A DNA stretch of 64,000 bases from an uncultured delta proteobacterium. Lineage in GTDB: Bacteria > Myxococcota > Myxococcia > Myxococcales > Myxococcaceae. The first letter of the stretch is position 1. Every line of letters starts with the position of its first letter. The stretch covers positions 640,001 through 704,000 of the forward strand of contig CAVQKE010000001.1 of assembly GCA_963713045.1 (NCBI GenBank), written 5' to 3'. The notes under the pieces were generated by a model that saw only the letters and a program-made list of their open reading frames with translations, was not told the origin of the DNA and made no database searches. Shown in pieces: positions 29,056-39,047 of this stretch. Both the position numbers and the translations under genes were made by a program.

Positions 29056-30350
29056 CGGTGCGGGGCAGCCGGCGGCGGAAGGGCGGCGAGGGCCGGGGCA
29101 TCCGGATTGCCGGCCGTCATCGCCAGCACATACAGGAAGGGCCCGGAGGGCGGGGCCAGCCGGCCATTGACGGTGATGGTGGGGGTGCCCGTCGGGCGGT
29201 ACAGCATGGCGTAGCGGATGTCCTCGAGGAGGCGCTGCTTTGTCTCCGGGCTGGCCATGCAGCTTTCGAGGGACGGCCGCGTGGCGCTGAGACTGGACGT
29301 CGCAATTTGCAGAATCTTCTCCCGGGTGAGGTCGTTCTGCGCCTCAAACAGCTTGTCGCGCAGCTGCCAAAAGTCCGGCGACTTCTCCAGGCAGATGAGG
29401 GCCAGCGCCCCGTCACAACTCACCCCGCCGGCCGTCGCTTGGACGAAGGGGTTGCAAAGGCCATCCAGCGGCAGGTTCCGCGCTTCCACCGAAAGGCTGC
29501 CCGGCGGGAGAATGGCCCGAAGGCTTTCCAGCACTCCGTTGAAGCGCTTGCAGTGGCCGCAGCGGATGTCCGTCCACTCCACCACTTTGACGGGGGCCGA
29601 AGCCTCGCCCAGGCGGTTGCGCTCCGGAGGCAGGGGCACTGGTGCGGTGTTGAGACGCCAGATGGCGAGGTTGTCGCTGAGTGCTTGGCGTTCCCCGGGC
29701 TCAGCCGCGGCGAGGAAGGCCTCCAGGCCGCCGGGCTTGGCCGTGGCGTTGGCCAGTGGTGAGGGTTGAGGCGCGGTGCGGCCGGGGATGAGGAGCACCA
29801 GGTAGCCGACCAGGGCCACCACTGCCGGGAGTCCGAGCGCCGTCCACCATTCCCCGCCCTGGGGCAGCAGTGGCCGAGGAAGAGCAACCGTGGCCACCAC
29901 GGCGTAGCCCAACACCAGCAGGTAGCTGAGGAGGCAGGTGAGACAGAGCGCGCCGGCCTGATAGCTACCCGCGGCAAAGCCGGCGGCCGACAGGACGCCC
30001 ACCACCGCAGCGACGCGCGAGGCGCCCACCAAGTCCCGCACCGGCTCGGCGCGGCGGGCGCGCACCCACAGCCATGCGGCGCAGGCCGTCGCGACCAGGC
30101 CCCACACCACGCCGAGCGCGGCCACCGGCATGCCCAGGGTGCGGTGGACGGCTTGGGCGAACGGGCTGGTCCACACCGTCTCACAATTCACCGAGGCGTT
30201 CAGGTTGCACACCACCCGGATGCCGGACTCCACCAGGTGCAACTCCCACCACTGGTAACAGGACAGCCCCACCATGGCGAGGCCGAGGAGGAGAAGGGCA
30301 AAGGCCGCTCGCCTGTGGCCAAGGTGCCGACCAACTGGCTTCTTACTCAT
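29052..30350 (-). CDS. VKOR (vitamin K epoxide reductase) fused to a DsbA-like thioredoxin
   Basis: CNLNASVNCETV, CLTC active site, DIRCGHC, GTPT. Confidence 0.88.
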   Translation of the reverse strand: MSKKPVGRHLGHRRAAFALLLLGLAMVGLSCYQWWELHLVESGIRVVCNLNASVNCETVWTSPFAQAVHRTLGMPVAALGVVWGLVATACAAWLWVRARRAEPVRDLVGASRVAAVVGVLSAAGFAAGSYQAGALCLTCLLSYLLVLGYAVVATVALPRPLLPQGGEWWTALGLPAVVALVGYLVLLIPGRTAPQPSPLANATAKPGGLEAFLAAAEPGERQALSDNLAIWRLNTAPVPLPPERNRLGEASAPVKVVEWTDIRCGHCKRFNGVLESLRAILPPGSLSVEARNLPLDGLCNPFVQATAGGVSCDGALALICLEKSPDFWQLRDKLFEAQNDLTREKILQIATSSLSATRPSLESCMASPETKQRLLEDIRYAMLYRPTGTPTITVNGRLAPPSGPFLYVLAMTAGNPDAPALAALPPPAAPHR

Positions 30351-30673
30351 GACTTTCCCGGGTTGGGCGTCATGAAGACGAGGACCCGCGCTTCGCCGGG
30401 CCCGGGGTTGTGCAGCCCATGCCGACTTCCCGCCGGGCAGTGCACCGCCGCGCCGGGTGGCAAGACCGCCTCCTCTCCGTCCAACTGGACGACGGGAGTG
30501 CCTTCCACGCCCAGGTACACCTTGTCCGCCTCTGCGTGGGCGTGGGGTGTCTGCGCCTGCCCTGGCCGCAGGCAGTAGACGTCCAGGAAGAAGCGGGCGG
30601 TGGAGAAGACGTTGTGTTTGCGCAGCTTCTCTGCCGAAGAGTCGCGGAATTGGGAGAGGTGGTGGAGGTTCAT
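30347..30673 (-). CDS. Cupin domain protein
   Basis: PGQAQTPHAH...DKVY...EG, PAGSRHGLHN. Confidence 0.85.
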   Translation of the reverse strand: MNLHHLSQFRDSSAEKLRKHNVFSTARFFLDVYCLRPGQAQTPHAHAEADKVYLGVEGTPVVQLDGEEAVLPPGAAVHCPAGSRHGLHNPGPGEARVLVFMTPNPGKS

Positions 30674-30702
30674 CTCTAGCAACCTTATATAGCTGGCTGG
30701 CC

Positions 30703-31782
30703 ATGGAAACCCTCGCCCTTCATGCACACCATGCCCGGCTCCACGCCCGCTTCGGAAGCGTCGGGGGACGGGAGGTGGTGCTGCACTACGGGGCCGCTGG
30801 GGACGCTCGCCCCGTGGCGGAGGAAGCAGCCATGCGCGAGGGCGTGGCGGTGGTGGACCTCTCGGCGCGGCAGGTGGTGCGGGTGACCGGGCCGGACCGC
30901 CTCTCCTTCCTGCACGGCATGCTGACGCAGGACGTGCAAGGCACCCCGGACTCCGGGGTGCGCTACGCGGCGCTGCTCACCGCCAAGGGCGGCATGGTGG
31001 CCGATGTGCAGCTGGTGCGGCGCGAGGAGGACGTCCTGCTGTTGGTAGAACCCGGGCTCGCCCCATTGGTGCTGGCCCACTTGCAGCGCTACCTCATCAG
31101 CGAGGAGGCGGAGCTGGCCGACGCCAGCGCAGAATTCGGGCAGTTGGCGCTGGTGGGCCCACGCGGCTGGGCGCTGGCGCGGCGCCTGTTCGGCCTACCG
31201 GGAGAGACCCCACCCACCGCCGATGCCGTGGCCGCCGGCCTGGAGGGGCAGGGCGGGCTGGTGCTGCCCTCGGGCCTGCTGCTTCCCGGGGTGGACGTGC
31301 TGGTCTCGACCGGCGGCCTCGAGACGTTTTTCACCGCGCTGTTGGACAGCGGCGACGAGGACGGCCTCGTCCCTGCAGGCTGGGAGGCACTGGAAGTGCT
31401 GCGGGTGGAGCGCGGTGTCCCGCGCTACGGGGTGGACATGGACGAGCGCACCCTTCCCCTGGAAGCCAACCTCGAGCGGGCCTTGCACTACCAGAAGGGC
31501 TGCTACCTGGGCCAGGAAGTCATCGCCCGCGCCACCTTCCGCGGCCATGTGAATAAGCGCCTGGTGGGGTTGCTCCTCGGTGAGGCCCACCCCGCGCCGC
31601 GCACGGAGCTTTTCCTGGGCGAGCGCAAGGTGGGCTTCGTGACTTCGGTGGTGCCGTCCCAGCGTCTGGGACAGCAGGTGGCCCTCGGCTACGTCCATCG
31701 CGACGCGCTGGCCCCGGGGACGGCGCTGCAGCTGGCCGGGGGCGCCGGGAGCGCCACCGTGCACACCCTCCCCTTCCTGTGA
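30703..31782 (+). CDS. ygfZ: Folate-binding YgfZ/GcvT-like protein
   Basis: GPDRLSFLHGMLTQD, KGCYLGQE signature. Confidence 0.88.
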   Translation: METLALHAHHARLHARFGSVGGREVVLHYGAAGDARPVAEEAAMREGVAVVDLSARQVVRVTGPDRLSFLHGMLTQDVQGTPDSGVRYAALLTAKGGMVADVQLVRREEDVLLLVEPGLAPLVLAHLQRYLISEEAELADASAEFGQLALVGPRGWALARRLFGLPGETPPTADAVAAGLEGQGGLVLPSGLLLPGVDVLVSTGGLETFFTALLDSGDEDGLVPAGWEALEVLRVERGVPRYGVDMDERTLPLEANLERALHYQKGCYLGQEVIARATFRGHVNKRLVGLLLGEAHPAPRTELFLGERKVGFVTSVVPSQRLGQQVALGYVHRDALAPGTALQLAGGAGSATVHTLPFL

Positions 31783-32246
31783 GGCACGCATTGCGCAAAC
31801 CCACCCGCCTGCTGGGGCTGTTGGCCATGGTCGCGCTGGCAGGCGTGGCGGCGGCCACCGAGGATGCCGGGACGACGGCGGCCCCGGGCCTGGTGGGCGT
31901 GCACTGGCGCTGGGTCCACTTCACCCCTCCAGCTGCCGCCCCAGTCGTCCCTCAGCACCCAGAGCGCTATTGGGTGGAGTTTCGCGGGGACGGCGGGTTG
32001 GCCTTTCAAGCCGATTGCAACCGTGGCGCCGGGACGTGGACGCACCAGGGCGCTGAACTGAAGCTGCAGGCCCTGTCCACCACGCTTGCCGCCTGCCCGC
32101 CCGGCTCGCTGGACAGTCGCTTCATTCAGCTGTTGGGCGCCGTGAGGCGTGCGTCCGTCCTCGGCCGGACGGCGCTGTTCCGGCTGCCGGACGGCGGTGT
32201 CCTTCACTTCGAGGCGGCTATGGCCGACGCGCCCCCGGCACCGTAG
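31779..32246 (+). CDS. META domain (HslJ-like) exported protein
   Basis: Signal peptide, ADCNRG, STTLAACPPGSL. Confidence 0.82.
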   Translation: MRHALRKPTRLLGLLAMVALAGVAAATEDAGTTAAPGLVGVHWRWVHFTPPAAAPVVPQHPERYWVEFRGDGGLAFQADCNRGAGTWTHQGAELKLQALSTTLAACPPGSLDSRFIQLLGAVRRASVLGRTALFRLPDGGVLHFEAAMADAPPAP

Positions 32247-32286
32247 AAAATCCGGCCGTCGCCCGGGCGGCCCTGCGGGCCAACAT

Positions 32287-32892
32287 CTACTTCGGGCGGT
32301 GCGGGTTGTTTTCCATCAGCCGTCTCGCCGCGGCCGCACTTTCGGCTTCCATCTGCACATGCAGCGAGTTGCCATGGGCGTCCATGGTGATGACGGCCGG
32401 GAAGTCCTTCACTTCCAGGTGCCACATCGCCTCCGCCGGCCCGAGCTCCTCCAGCTGGTAGACACCCAGCACCCGCGTCACGCACTGGCCAAGCACGGCC
32501 GCCAACCCGCCGATGGCGTGCAGGTAGACGGCCCCGCACTTCTGGAGAGCGGCCAGCGTCCGCGGCCCCATGCCGCCCTTTCCAATGACGCCGCGAATCC
32601 CGTAGGCCTCAATGGTGTCAGCCTCGTAGGGCTCTTCACGAATGGAGGTGGTGGGGCCGGCGGCGATGACGCGCCAGCTGCCGTCCGTCTCCCTGCGGAC
32701 CACCGGGCCGCAGTGGTAGAGGAGCCGGTCCCGCACCATCTCGTCAAAGCGGGCGTCGTGTGCGACGGAGTGCAGGTACTGGTGGGCCGCGTCTCTGCCG
32801 GTCACCAATGCACCGCTGACTTCCACCTCGTCCCCCACGCGCAAGGCACGCACGGCGTCGAGGGAGAGGGGTAGTTCGAGCTTCTTGGGCAT
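32287..32892 (-). CDS. Class I fumarate hydratase / Fe-S hydro-lyase beta subunit
   Basis: TGRDAAH, YHCGPV, AGPTTSIR, GKGGM, MDAHGNSL. Confidence 0.92.
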   Translation of the reverse strand: MPKKLELPLSLDAVRALRVGDEVEVSGALVTGRDAAHQYLHSVAHDARFDEMVRDRLLYHCGPVVRRETDGSWRVIAAGPTTSIREEPYEADTIEAYGIRGVIGKGGMGPRTLAALQKCGAVYLHAIGGLAAVLGQCVTRVLGVYQLEELGPAEAMWHLEVKDFPAVITMDAHGNSLHVQMEAESAAAARRLMENNPHRPK

Positions 32893-32924
32893 GGCCAGCG
32901 AATCTCCAGCAAGGCACGGGGGCC

Positions 32925-33872
32925 CTAGCTCGCCACCCGGAGCGGCACCTGGAGGCGAGGGGGCGGCGACGGCAGCAGCGGCTCCCCGTCGAGAAGCCAG
33001 GTTTGGCCCTGTCGCTGCAGCTCTCCCTTCCTGTAGGCCCAGCACATGTAGCTGACGCTGACGAAGAAGCTGGCCGGGACCCGTGCCCGCTGGCCGATTT
33101 TGACGCCGAGAATGGTGGTTTTTCCGCCCCAGCCCATCGGCCCGATGCCCAGCGCGTTGAGGGAGGTGGAGAGTTCCTGCTCCAGGGCGTCCAGCGCGGG
33201 GTCCGGGTTTCTGTCCTGCAGGGGCCGGAAAAGCTGCTCTTTGCTCTCGGTGTAGCCGAGGACGCGGTCACCCCCGATGCACACGCCCAGCGTCCCCGGC
33301 GCGCAGCCGAAGCCTTGGGCCTTTTGCACGGCGTCGATGATGCACCGTCGCACACCGTCGAGGTCACGGTCGGCGCCCAGTCGGCCATCCGGAAGCGCGT
33401 ACTGCGCGCCGACGTTTTCACAGCCTCCGCCCTTCATCATCAAGCGTACGCGCAGAGCTGCCTCGCGCTGGGGATGGAGGTGAATGTGGGGCGAGCCGAG
33501 CCCGACGTTGTCGGCAAGGCTTCGTCCGCTGACCGAGTCCACCGTGTTGGGCCGCAGGTAGCTGAGGCGGGTGGCCTCTTTGACCGCCGCTTGGATGGCA
33601 TCCTCGACGTCGAAGGGGGACACCTCCGGTCCATAGTCGACGTAGAAAATGAGGGTGCCGGTGTCCTGGCAGATGGGCACCGAGGAGGCCCGGGCGCGCC
33701 GGACGTTTTCCAGCATCAGGCCGAAGGTGTTGTGGGCGCGGCTGCCGGCCTCCTCGCGCTCCCGGGCGAGGGCCAAGGCATCCACCACGTCCTTGGCGAG
33801 CCCGCAGGACGTGTGCCGGATGAGTTCCAGCAGGGCGGGGGCCAGCCGTTGGGTGTCCGTCGCGTCCGGCAC
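32925..33872 (-). CDS. Class I fumarate hydratase / Fe-S hydro-lyase alpha subunit
   Basis: PICQDTG, LRPN, KGGGCEN, GCAPG, GIGPMGWGG, CWA; start approximate. Confidence 0.92.
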   Translation of the reverse strand: MPDATDTQRLAPALLELIRHTSCGLAKDVVDALALAREREEAGSRAHNTFGLMLENVRRARASSVPICQDTGTLIFYVDYGPEVSPFDVEDAIQAAVKEATRLSYLRPNTVDSVSGRSLADNVGLGSPHIHLHPQREAALRVRLMMKGGGCENVGAQYALPDGRLGADRDLDGVRRCIIDAVQKAQGFGCAPGTLGVCIGGDRVLGYTESKEQLFRPLQDRNPDPALDALEQELSTSLNALGIGPMGWGGKTTILGVKIGQRARVPASFFVSVSYMCWAYRKGELQRQGQTWLLDGEPLLPSPPPRLQVPLRVAS

Positions 33873-34101
33873 GCCCACAATCTCTAGCACGGTGGCGGCC
33901 GTGCGACGTGAGAGGCCTGGCGCCTTGAGGGCAGTCCGGGGTATTCCCATTGCAGCGGGTGGCAGCGGACCCTCGGGGGCCGCGCTGCTTCCTTCCCCTG
34001 GGGGAGAGCGAATTCGCAGCCGGGCCGGCGTCTTCCTCCCGACTCCCACGCTTGGTGGTGCCACGGCCCTTGGCCAAGGGCCCCTGTCGCCTTCTCCAGA
34101 A

Positions 34102-34683
34102 ATGCTGACCCCCCTTCTTGGTGCGCTGGTGCTGCTGGTGGCTGCCGACGGGCCTTCGCCAGGCGATGCCCCGTTGCTTCCCCCCTCGGCCGTCTCTCAG
34201 GGACCGTCAACGGCACCGGTGGCCAGCCCACAAGCGGTGCGGGTAACCGTCGAGCTGCTGGTGGCGGGCGCGGCGGGCGTCAGCATTGGCGCACTGGGCG
34301 GCTACATCGGCTGTCTCGCCTCGCCCACTTCCAACGGCCAGACGTGCAACACCGCCACCGTGGCTGCGGTGGGACTGACCACCTATGGGCTGACGCTCGC
34401 CGTGGTGGTGCCCCTGGCAGGCCATGCCCTGGGCGGGGATGGGCTGATGTGGGTCTCCTGGCTGGGCGAGGCGGCGGGCCTCGGGGCAGGACTTGGCCTG
34501 GCGCAGGGCAACCCGACGCATGCCATCTACATCGCGGCGCCGCTGATGTTGGTGGGGGCCATCACCGGCTATGAATTGACCGCCGGCTGGGGAACGCCGC
34601 CCAAAAGCAACACCGGCGTCCAGGCGGTGGCCCTCGAGCCGGTGCCAGCCGGGGCGGTGCTGGCGGTGGGGGGGAGTTTCTAG
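34102..34683 (+). CDS. Hypothetical Gly/Ala-rich exported membrane protein
   Basis: Signal peptide, Pro-rich linker, glycine-zipper helices, C-terminal AVLAVGGSF. Confidence 0.65.
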   Translation: MLTPLLGALVLLVAADGPSPGDAPLLPPSAVSQGPSTAPVASPQAVRVTVELLVAGAAGVSIGALGGYIGCLASPTSNGQTCNTATVAAVGLTTYGLTLAVVVPLAGHALGGDGLMWVSWLGEAAGLGAGLGLAQGNPTHAIYIAAPLMLVGAITGYELTAGWGTPPKSNTGVQAVALEPVPAGAVLAVGGSF

Positions 34684-34770
34684 CCGGCCGGGACTGTCGG
34701 GGCGCCCCTTCGGGGTGGCAGCGCGGTTGGCGTTGTGGCTGCTGGCGCCGCTTCGGTATAGAGCGCCGCC

Positions 34771-35961
34771 ATGCCCGACCCCCGGCGTCTCCACATTGCC
34801 TACGCCGTCGACACCTTCGACGGCGTGAAGACGGGAGGCGTCATCTCCGCCAAGCGCTTCATCTCGGCGCTGCGGGAGCGGCATGACGTCACCGTCATCG
34901 CCGGCGGCGCCACCAGCGAAGGGCGGGTGGGGCTGCCGCAGTTCACCATCCCGCCTTTCGGCCGCGTGATGCGGGAGATGGGCTTCATTTTCGCGTGGCC
35001 GTCGCGGGACGTGTTGGAGCCAGTGTTGGCCCGGGCCGACGTCCTCCACGTCCAGTTTCCTTTTTGGCTCGGCATCCGGGCCGGGCAGCTGGCGCGCAAG
35101 CTGGGGACGCCGGTGGTCGCGGCCTCGCACATTCAGCCGGAAAACATGTTTCACAACATCGGCATCCATTCACAGTGGCTGGTGGACAAAACCTGGCGCT
35201 TCTTCATCTCCGCCCTGTACGGCAAGGCCGACCACCTGGTCGTCCCCACCGCCTTTGGGCTGGAGGAATTGCGGCGCCGCGGCCTGACCGTCCCGGCCGA
35301 CGTCATTTCCAATGGCATCCCGCCCCAATTCCACCCCGGGCCGGCGAGGCGCGAGCCGCGCTATGAAGGCCGCTTCTTGGTGTTGGCCGTCTCGCGGCTG
35401 GCGGCTGAAAAGCGGATTGACGTGCTGGTGGAGGCGGTGCGCCGCGCTCGCCACGCAGAGCGCATTCAGCTGGTGCTGTGCGGGCATGGGCCGGAGGAGG
35501 AGCGGCTGCGTCGACTGTCGTCCACCCTGCCGCTGCCGGCGGACATCCGCGTCGTCGAGGAGGTCGACATGCCGGACGTGATGCGCCAGGCGGACCTGTT
35601 GGTGCATGCCTCGGAGATTGAACTCGAGGGCATGGCCGTCCTGGAAGCGCTTGGCACCGGGCTTCCGACGCTGGTGGCTGACGCGCCGATGAGTGCCGCC
35701 GGCCGGCTCGCCATCAGCGATGAATTTCGCTTCCCCCCGGGCAACGCCGAGGAGCTCGCCCAGCGCATCGACTACCTGGTGGAGCACCCGGAGCGGCTGG
35801 CCGCTGCGCGTCAGGCCGCGTTGGAAGCGGCCCAAGGCTTGAGGCTGGAGGCCTCGGTGTCGCGCCTGGAAGCCATTTACTTGCAGGTGGCCCGGCCGGT
35901 GCGGGCTACTGGGCCGGCCGTTCTTTCCGCAGCAGCCACAGCGCCCCGGGCAGCGCCGTGA
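34771..35961 (+). CDS. Glycosyltransferase family 4 (diacylglycerol glycosyltransferase-like)
   Basis: HIQPEN, ISNGI, SRLAAEKR, ELEGMAVLEA. Confidence 0.88.
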   Translation: MPDPRRLHIAYAVDTFDGVKTGGVISAKRFISALRERHDVTVIAGGATSEGRVGLPQFTIPPFGRVMREMGFIFAWPSRDVLEPVLARADVLHVQFPFWLGIRAGQLARKLGTPVVAASHIQPENMFHNIGIHSQWLVDKTWRFFISALYGKADHLVVPTAFGLEELRRRGLTVPADVISNGIPPQFHPGPARREPRYEGRFLVLAVSRLAAEKRIDVLVEAVRRARHAERIQLVLCGHGPEEERLRRLSSTLPLPADIRVVEEVDMPDVMRQADLLVHASEIELEGMAVLEALGTGLPTLVADAPMSAAGRLAISDEFRFPPGNAEELAQRIDYLVEHPERLAAARQAALEAAQGLRLEASVSRLEAIYLQVARPVRATGPAVLSAAATAPRAAP

Positions 35962-38185
35962 AGTCGGCCAACATCGCCAACAGGAAGGCGGCGGACGTCA
36001 CCAGTCCAAACTGACGCAGCGGCGGGAAACTGGAAAAGGCCAGCCCCAGAAAGCCGGCGGCGTTGATGAGGGTGGCAAACACAATCGCCCGGCCGGACAC
36101 CCGCAGCGCGTGCCGCAAGGCGGCGTTGAGGCCCCCCGGGCCCTCGCCTTCATGCAGGTGGTAGAAGAAATGAATTTGGTCGTTCTCGGTGGTGCCCAGC
36201 ACGGTGGTGGCGATGAGAATGGTGGCCACGTTGAGGTTGCCGCCAAACAGCCGCATCCCGAGGAAGGTGACGAGAATGGCAAACACCGAGGGAATCATCG
36301 CCATCAGCCGCGCCGAGGCGCTGCGGAACACCACCAAGAAGGCGGCAAAAATGAGGCCGGCGGTGAGGCTGAAGCTTTGCGTCAGCGTCGGCACCAGACT
36401 GGCGCCCACCTTGGCCTGGAGGATGGATTCGCCCACCACCCGGAAACTGGCGCCGTGGAAGGCGGGGTCCGCAGCCAGGGTGCTGTCCCAGGCCCGCTGT
36501 AAGTCGGCGGCCAGCGCCCGGTAGTCCGCCTCCGTCTCGCCGTGCGACAAAAGGACGGTGAGTTGGACGTTGGACAGCGTTGTGACGTCGATGAAGCTGC
36601 GCAACTCGGGCTGAGTGAGGAGCAGCTGTTCCACGTCTGCAGCCAGCTGGGCGAAGGCGGTGGGCTCCTGCGGTAACGTCTCACTCTGGCCAGCCAGCGC
36701 CCGCCGCATGCGGAGAAAGGTGGTGGGGCCCACCACCGAGGACACCGACGGGAGCGCTTCGATGGCGCTGGTGAAGCGGTCCAGGCCGCGCAGCACCTCC
36801 GGCTCCGCGGCGGTGCCAGGCGGCGTCTTCACCCAGACGCGCACCACGTTGAGTCCGGAGACATTTTCTCTGAAGAAAACCATGTCCTGGTGCAGAGGCA
36901 GAGACGGGTCGACGTAGTCGAGCGAGTCGATGCCCAGCTTCATCGGCGTGAGGTAGCCAGGAATGCCGAACAGGGCCACCAGCCCGCAGCCCGACAGGGC
37001 CAAAGCGCCGACCACCAGTGGCCAGCGCCAGCGGAAGGTGAACCCGGGGAGCAACTCCGCCAACCTGTCGTAGACGCGGGTGCGGATGGGAACGGTGCGG
37101 CCGGTGGGCGTGTGCAGCACCCGCTGCAGCACCGGGAACAGGGTGAAGCACACCACCCAGGCAATGGCCAGTCCGCTGGCGGTCCAAAGGCCCATCTCTC
37201 GAATGGGGCGGATGCGCGACACGGCGAGGGCCGCGAAGCCCAGCACCGCGGCCACGCTGGACGCGGTCACCGGCAGAAACTTGTTCTGGAGGGCAAACAG
37301 CTGGTGCTCCTCGACGCGGACACCCTCGGGCTGGTCGACAAAGCGGCTGTGCAGGTAGACCAGTGAGGCCAGCGTCGTCACCATGACGGTGAGCGGCACG
37401 ATGGCCGAGACGACGGTGAAGGAGAAGCCGAGCAGTTCGCCCGCTCCCACGGCCAGCGCCACGGTGCTCCCCAGCGCCAGGACGATGGCCAGCATCGAGC
37501 GGACGCTGCGGTACAGGAAGAGCGCCAGCCCCACCACCAGGAGGCCGAAGACGGGGAACCAGCGGACGGTGGCTTGCCCGGATTCCTTCTCAATCCACGA
37601 CTCGACATACGGCGCGCCCACTTTGCGAACCGCCGTCACCCGCTTCAGCGGCGTGGCGGCCAGCACAGCGTCAATGCCAACCAACCGCCGGTCGCGCGCC
37701 GCGGGCCCTTCCTGGGGGAAGCCCACCACCAGTCCCAGAAAGTGCTCGCCCACCAGTCCCTGCTTGCGCAACAGCCGCGTCGAGGTGGCGAAGTGGCGGA
37801 GCGCCCCCACCGCTTCTGGCGTCGGCTGAAAGCCCGGGTGGGCCCGACGCCAGCTGTCCAACACCGACACCACACTCACCCCGGGCAGCTTGGCCAGTGC
37901 CGCGGCCAGCTCGTCGGCGTCGGCCAGCGCCTCCGGCTGGAAGGGGTCCTCGGACTCCAGCAGCAGCAGAACGAATTGCCCTTCGGGAAAGACTTTCTGG
38001 AAGTCCCGGGTGGCCAGGTAGTCCGGGTCGTCGCGCATCACCAACCCGAAGATGGCGGACTCGGAGGGAATGCGGGTGGCCAGCAGCGCCGCGGCGGGCA
38101 CCAGCAAGGCATAGAGGATGAGGATGGGGACCCGCAGCGCGACAATGCGGGCGAAGGCGCGTTGCAGAAGCGTGTGGGAAGTCAC
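35906..38185 (-). CDS. MMPL/RND family lipid transporter (BstA/HpnN-like)
   Basis: Two repeats of TM + periplasmic loop + 5 TM; PIREMG, SSFPPLRQFG; GTG start inferred. Confidence 0.88.
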   Translation of the reverse strand: MTSHTLLQRAFARIVALRVPILILYALLVPAAALLATRIPSESAIFGLVMRDDPDYLATRDFQKVFPEGQFVLLLLESEDPFQPEALADADELAAALAKLPGVSVVSVLDSWRRAHPGFQPTPEAVGALRHFATSTRLLRKQGLVGEHFLGLVVGFPQEGPAARDRRLVGIDAVLAATPLKRVTAVRKVGAPYVESWIEKESGQATVRWFPVFGLLVVGLALFLYRSVRSMLAIVLALGSTVALAVGAGELLGFSFTVVSAIVPLTVMVTTLASLVYLHSRFVDQPEGVRVEEHQLFALQNKFLPVTASSVAAVLGFAALAVSRIRPIREMGLWTASGLAIAWVVCFTLFPVLQRVLHTPTGRTVPIRTRVYDRLAELLPGFTFRWRWPLVVGALALSGCGLVALFGIPGYLTPMKLGIDSLDYVDPSLPLHQDMVFFRENVSGLNVVRVWVKTPPGTAAEPEVLRGLDRFTSAIEALPSVSSVVGPTTFLRMRRALAGQSETLPQEPTAFAQLAADVEQLLLTQPELRSFIDVTTLSNVQLTVLLSHGETEADYRALAADLQRAWDSTLAADPAFHGASFRVVGESILQAKVGASLVPTLTQSFSLTAGLIFAAFLVVFRSASARLMAMIPSVFAILVTFLGMRLFGGNLNVATILIATTVLGTTENDQIHFFYHLHEGEGPGGLNAALRHALRVSGRAIVFATLINAAGFLGLAFSSFPPLRQFGLVTSAAFLLAMLADFTALPGALWLLRKERPAQ

Positions 38186-38222
38186 TCGGGCGGGGAAGGT
38201 AGCACGGGGTAGATTGCGCCCC

Positions 38223-39047
38223 ATGCGCCATCTCCCCCTCGCCCTGGCCTTCCTCGCCGCCCCGGTGAGCGCGGTCCAGCAGCCCGTCTCCATCGTCGCC
38301 TGCGCACCGGGCTACCCCGGCAGCACCGCCGAAGCCCAACCCTCGATGGACACCTTCGCTGCGGCCTTGGCGTCGGCCGCCGGATGGGCGCCGGGCCAGG
38401 TGGTGGCCAGCTACGCGCCGACGGAGAAGGACGGCCTGGCCCGGTTGGGTGAAGCGTCGGTGGCCCTGGTGGCACTGCCCTTCTTCGTGAAGCACGGCAC
38501 ATCGCTTCGTCTGACGCCGCGCCTGGTGGTGGAACAGAAGGGGCTCGGCCCGAGCGAGCGCTGGACGCTGGTGGCGAAGAAGGGGCGAGTGGCCAAGGCT
38601 GCCGACTTGGCCGCCATGACGGTGGTGTCCATTGCCGGCTACGCGCCCAGCTTCGTCCGACAGGTGTTGGGCCCGGAGTGGCGTCTGCCCGAGTCGACCG
38701 CGGTGACGGAGTCCGCGCAGGTCCTCTCCGCGTTGAGGCGGGCCGTCCAGGGAGACGCGGTGGCGGTCCTCCTCGACGGCGCCCAGGGGAATGCCCTGCC
38801 GACACTTCCCTTCGCCGCCGAGCTGGACATCCTTGCGCGCTCGGCACCCCTGCCGGCGGCGTTGGTGACGACGGTGGCCAACCGCCTCAGTCCGGCGCGC
38901 TGGGCGCCGCTGGAAAAGGCCTTGCTGCAAATGCCGAAAAGCCCTTCCGGCGCGGCGGCCCTGGACGGCATCCGGATGGCGGCCTTTGTGCCGGCTGACG
39001 CAGCGGCGCTGCAGGCCGTTCGCGCCCTGTCGGTGCCGGCGCGGTGA
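38223..39047 (+). CDS. Periplasmic PhnD/phosphonate-binding-fold protein (BstB-like)
   Basis: Signal peptide, PGYPGST.EAQP.MD.F, two-lobe SBP pattern, C-terminal LDGIRMAAFVP. Confidence 0.65.
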   Translation: MRHLPLALAFLAAPVSAVQQPVSIVACAPGYPGSTAEAQPSMDTFAAALASAAGWAPGQVVASYAPTEKDGLARLGEASVALVALPFFVKHGTSLRLTPRLVVEQKGLGPSERWTLVAKKGRVAKAADLAAMTVVSIAGYAPSFVRQVLGPEWRLPESTAVTESAQVLSALRRAVQGDAVAVLLDGAQGNALPTLPFAAELDILARSAPLPAALVTTVANRLSPARWAPLEKALLQMPKSPSGAAALDGIRMAAFVPADAAALQAVRALSVPAR

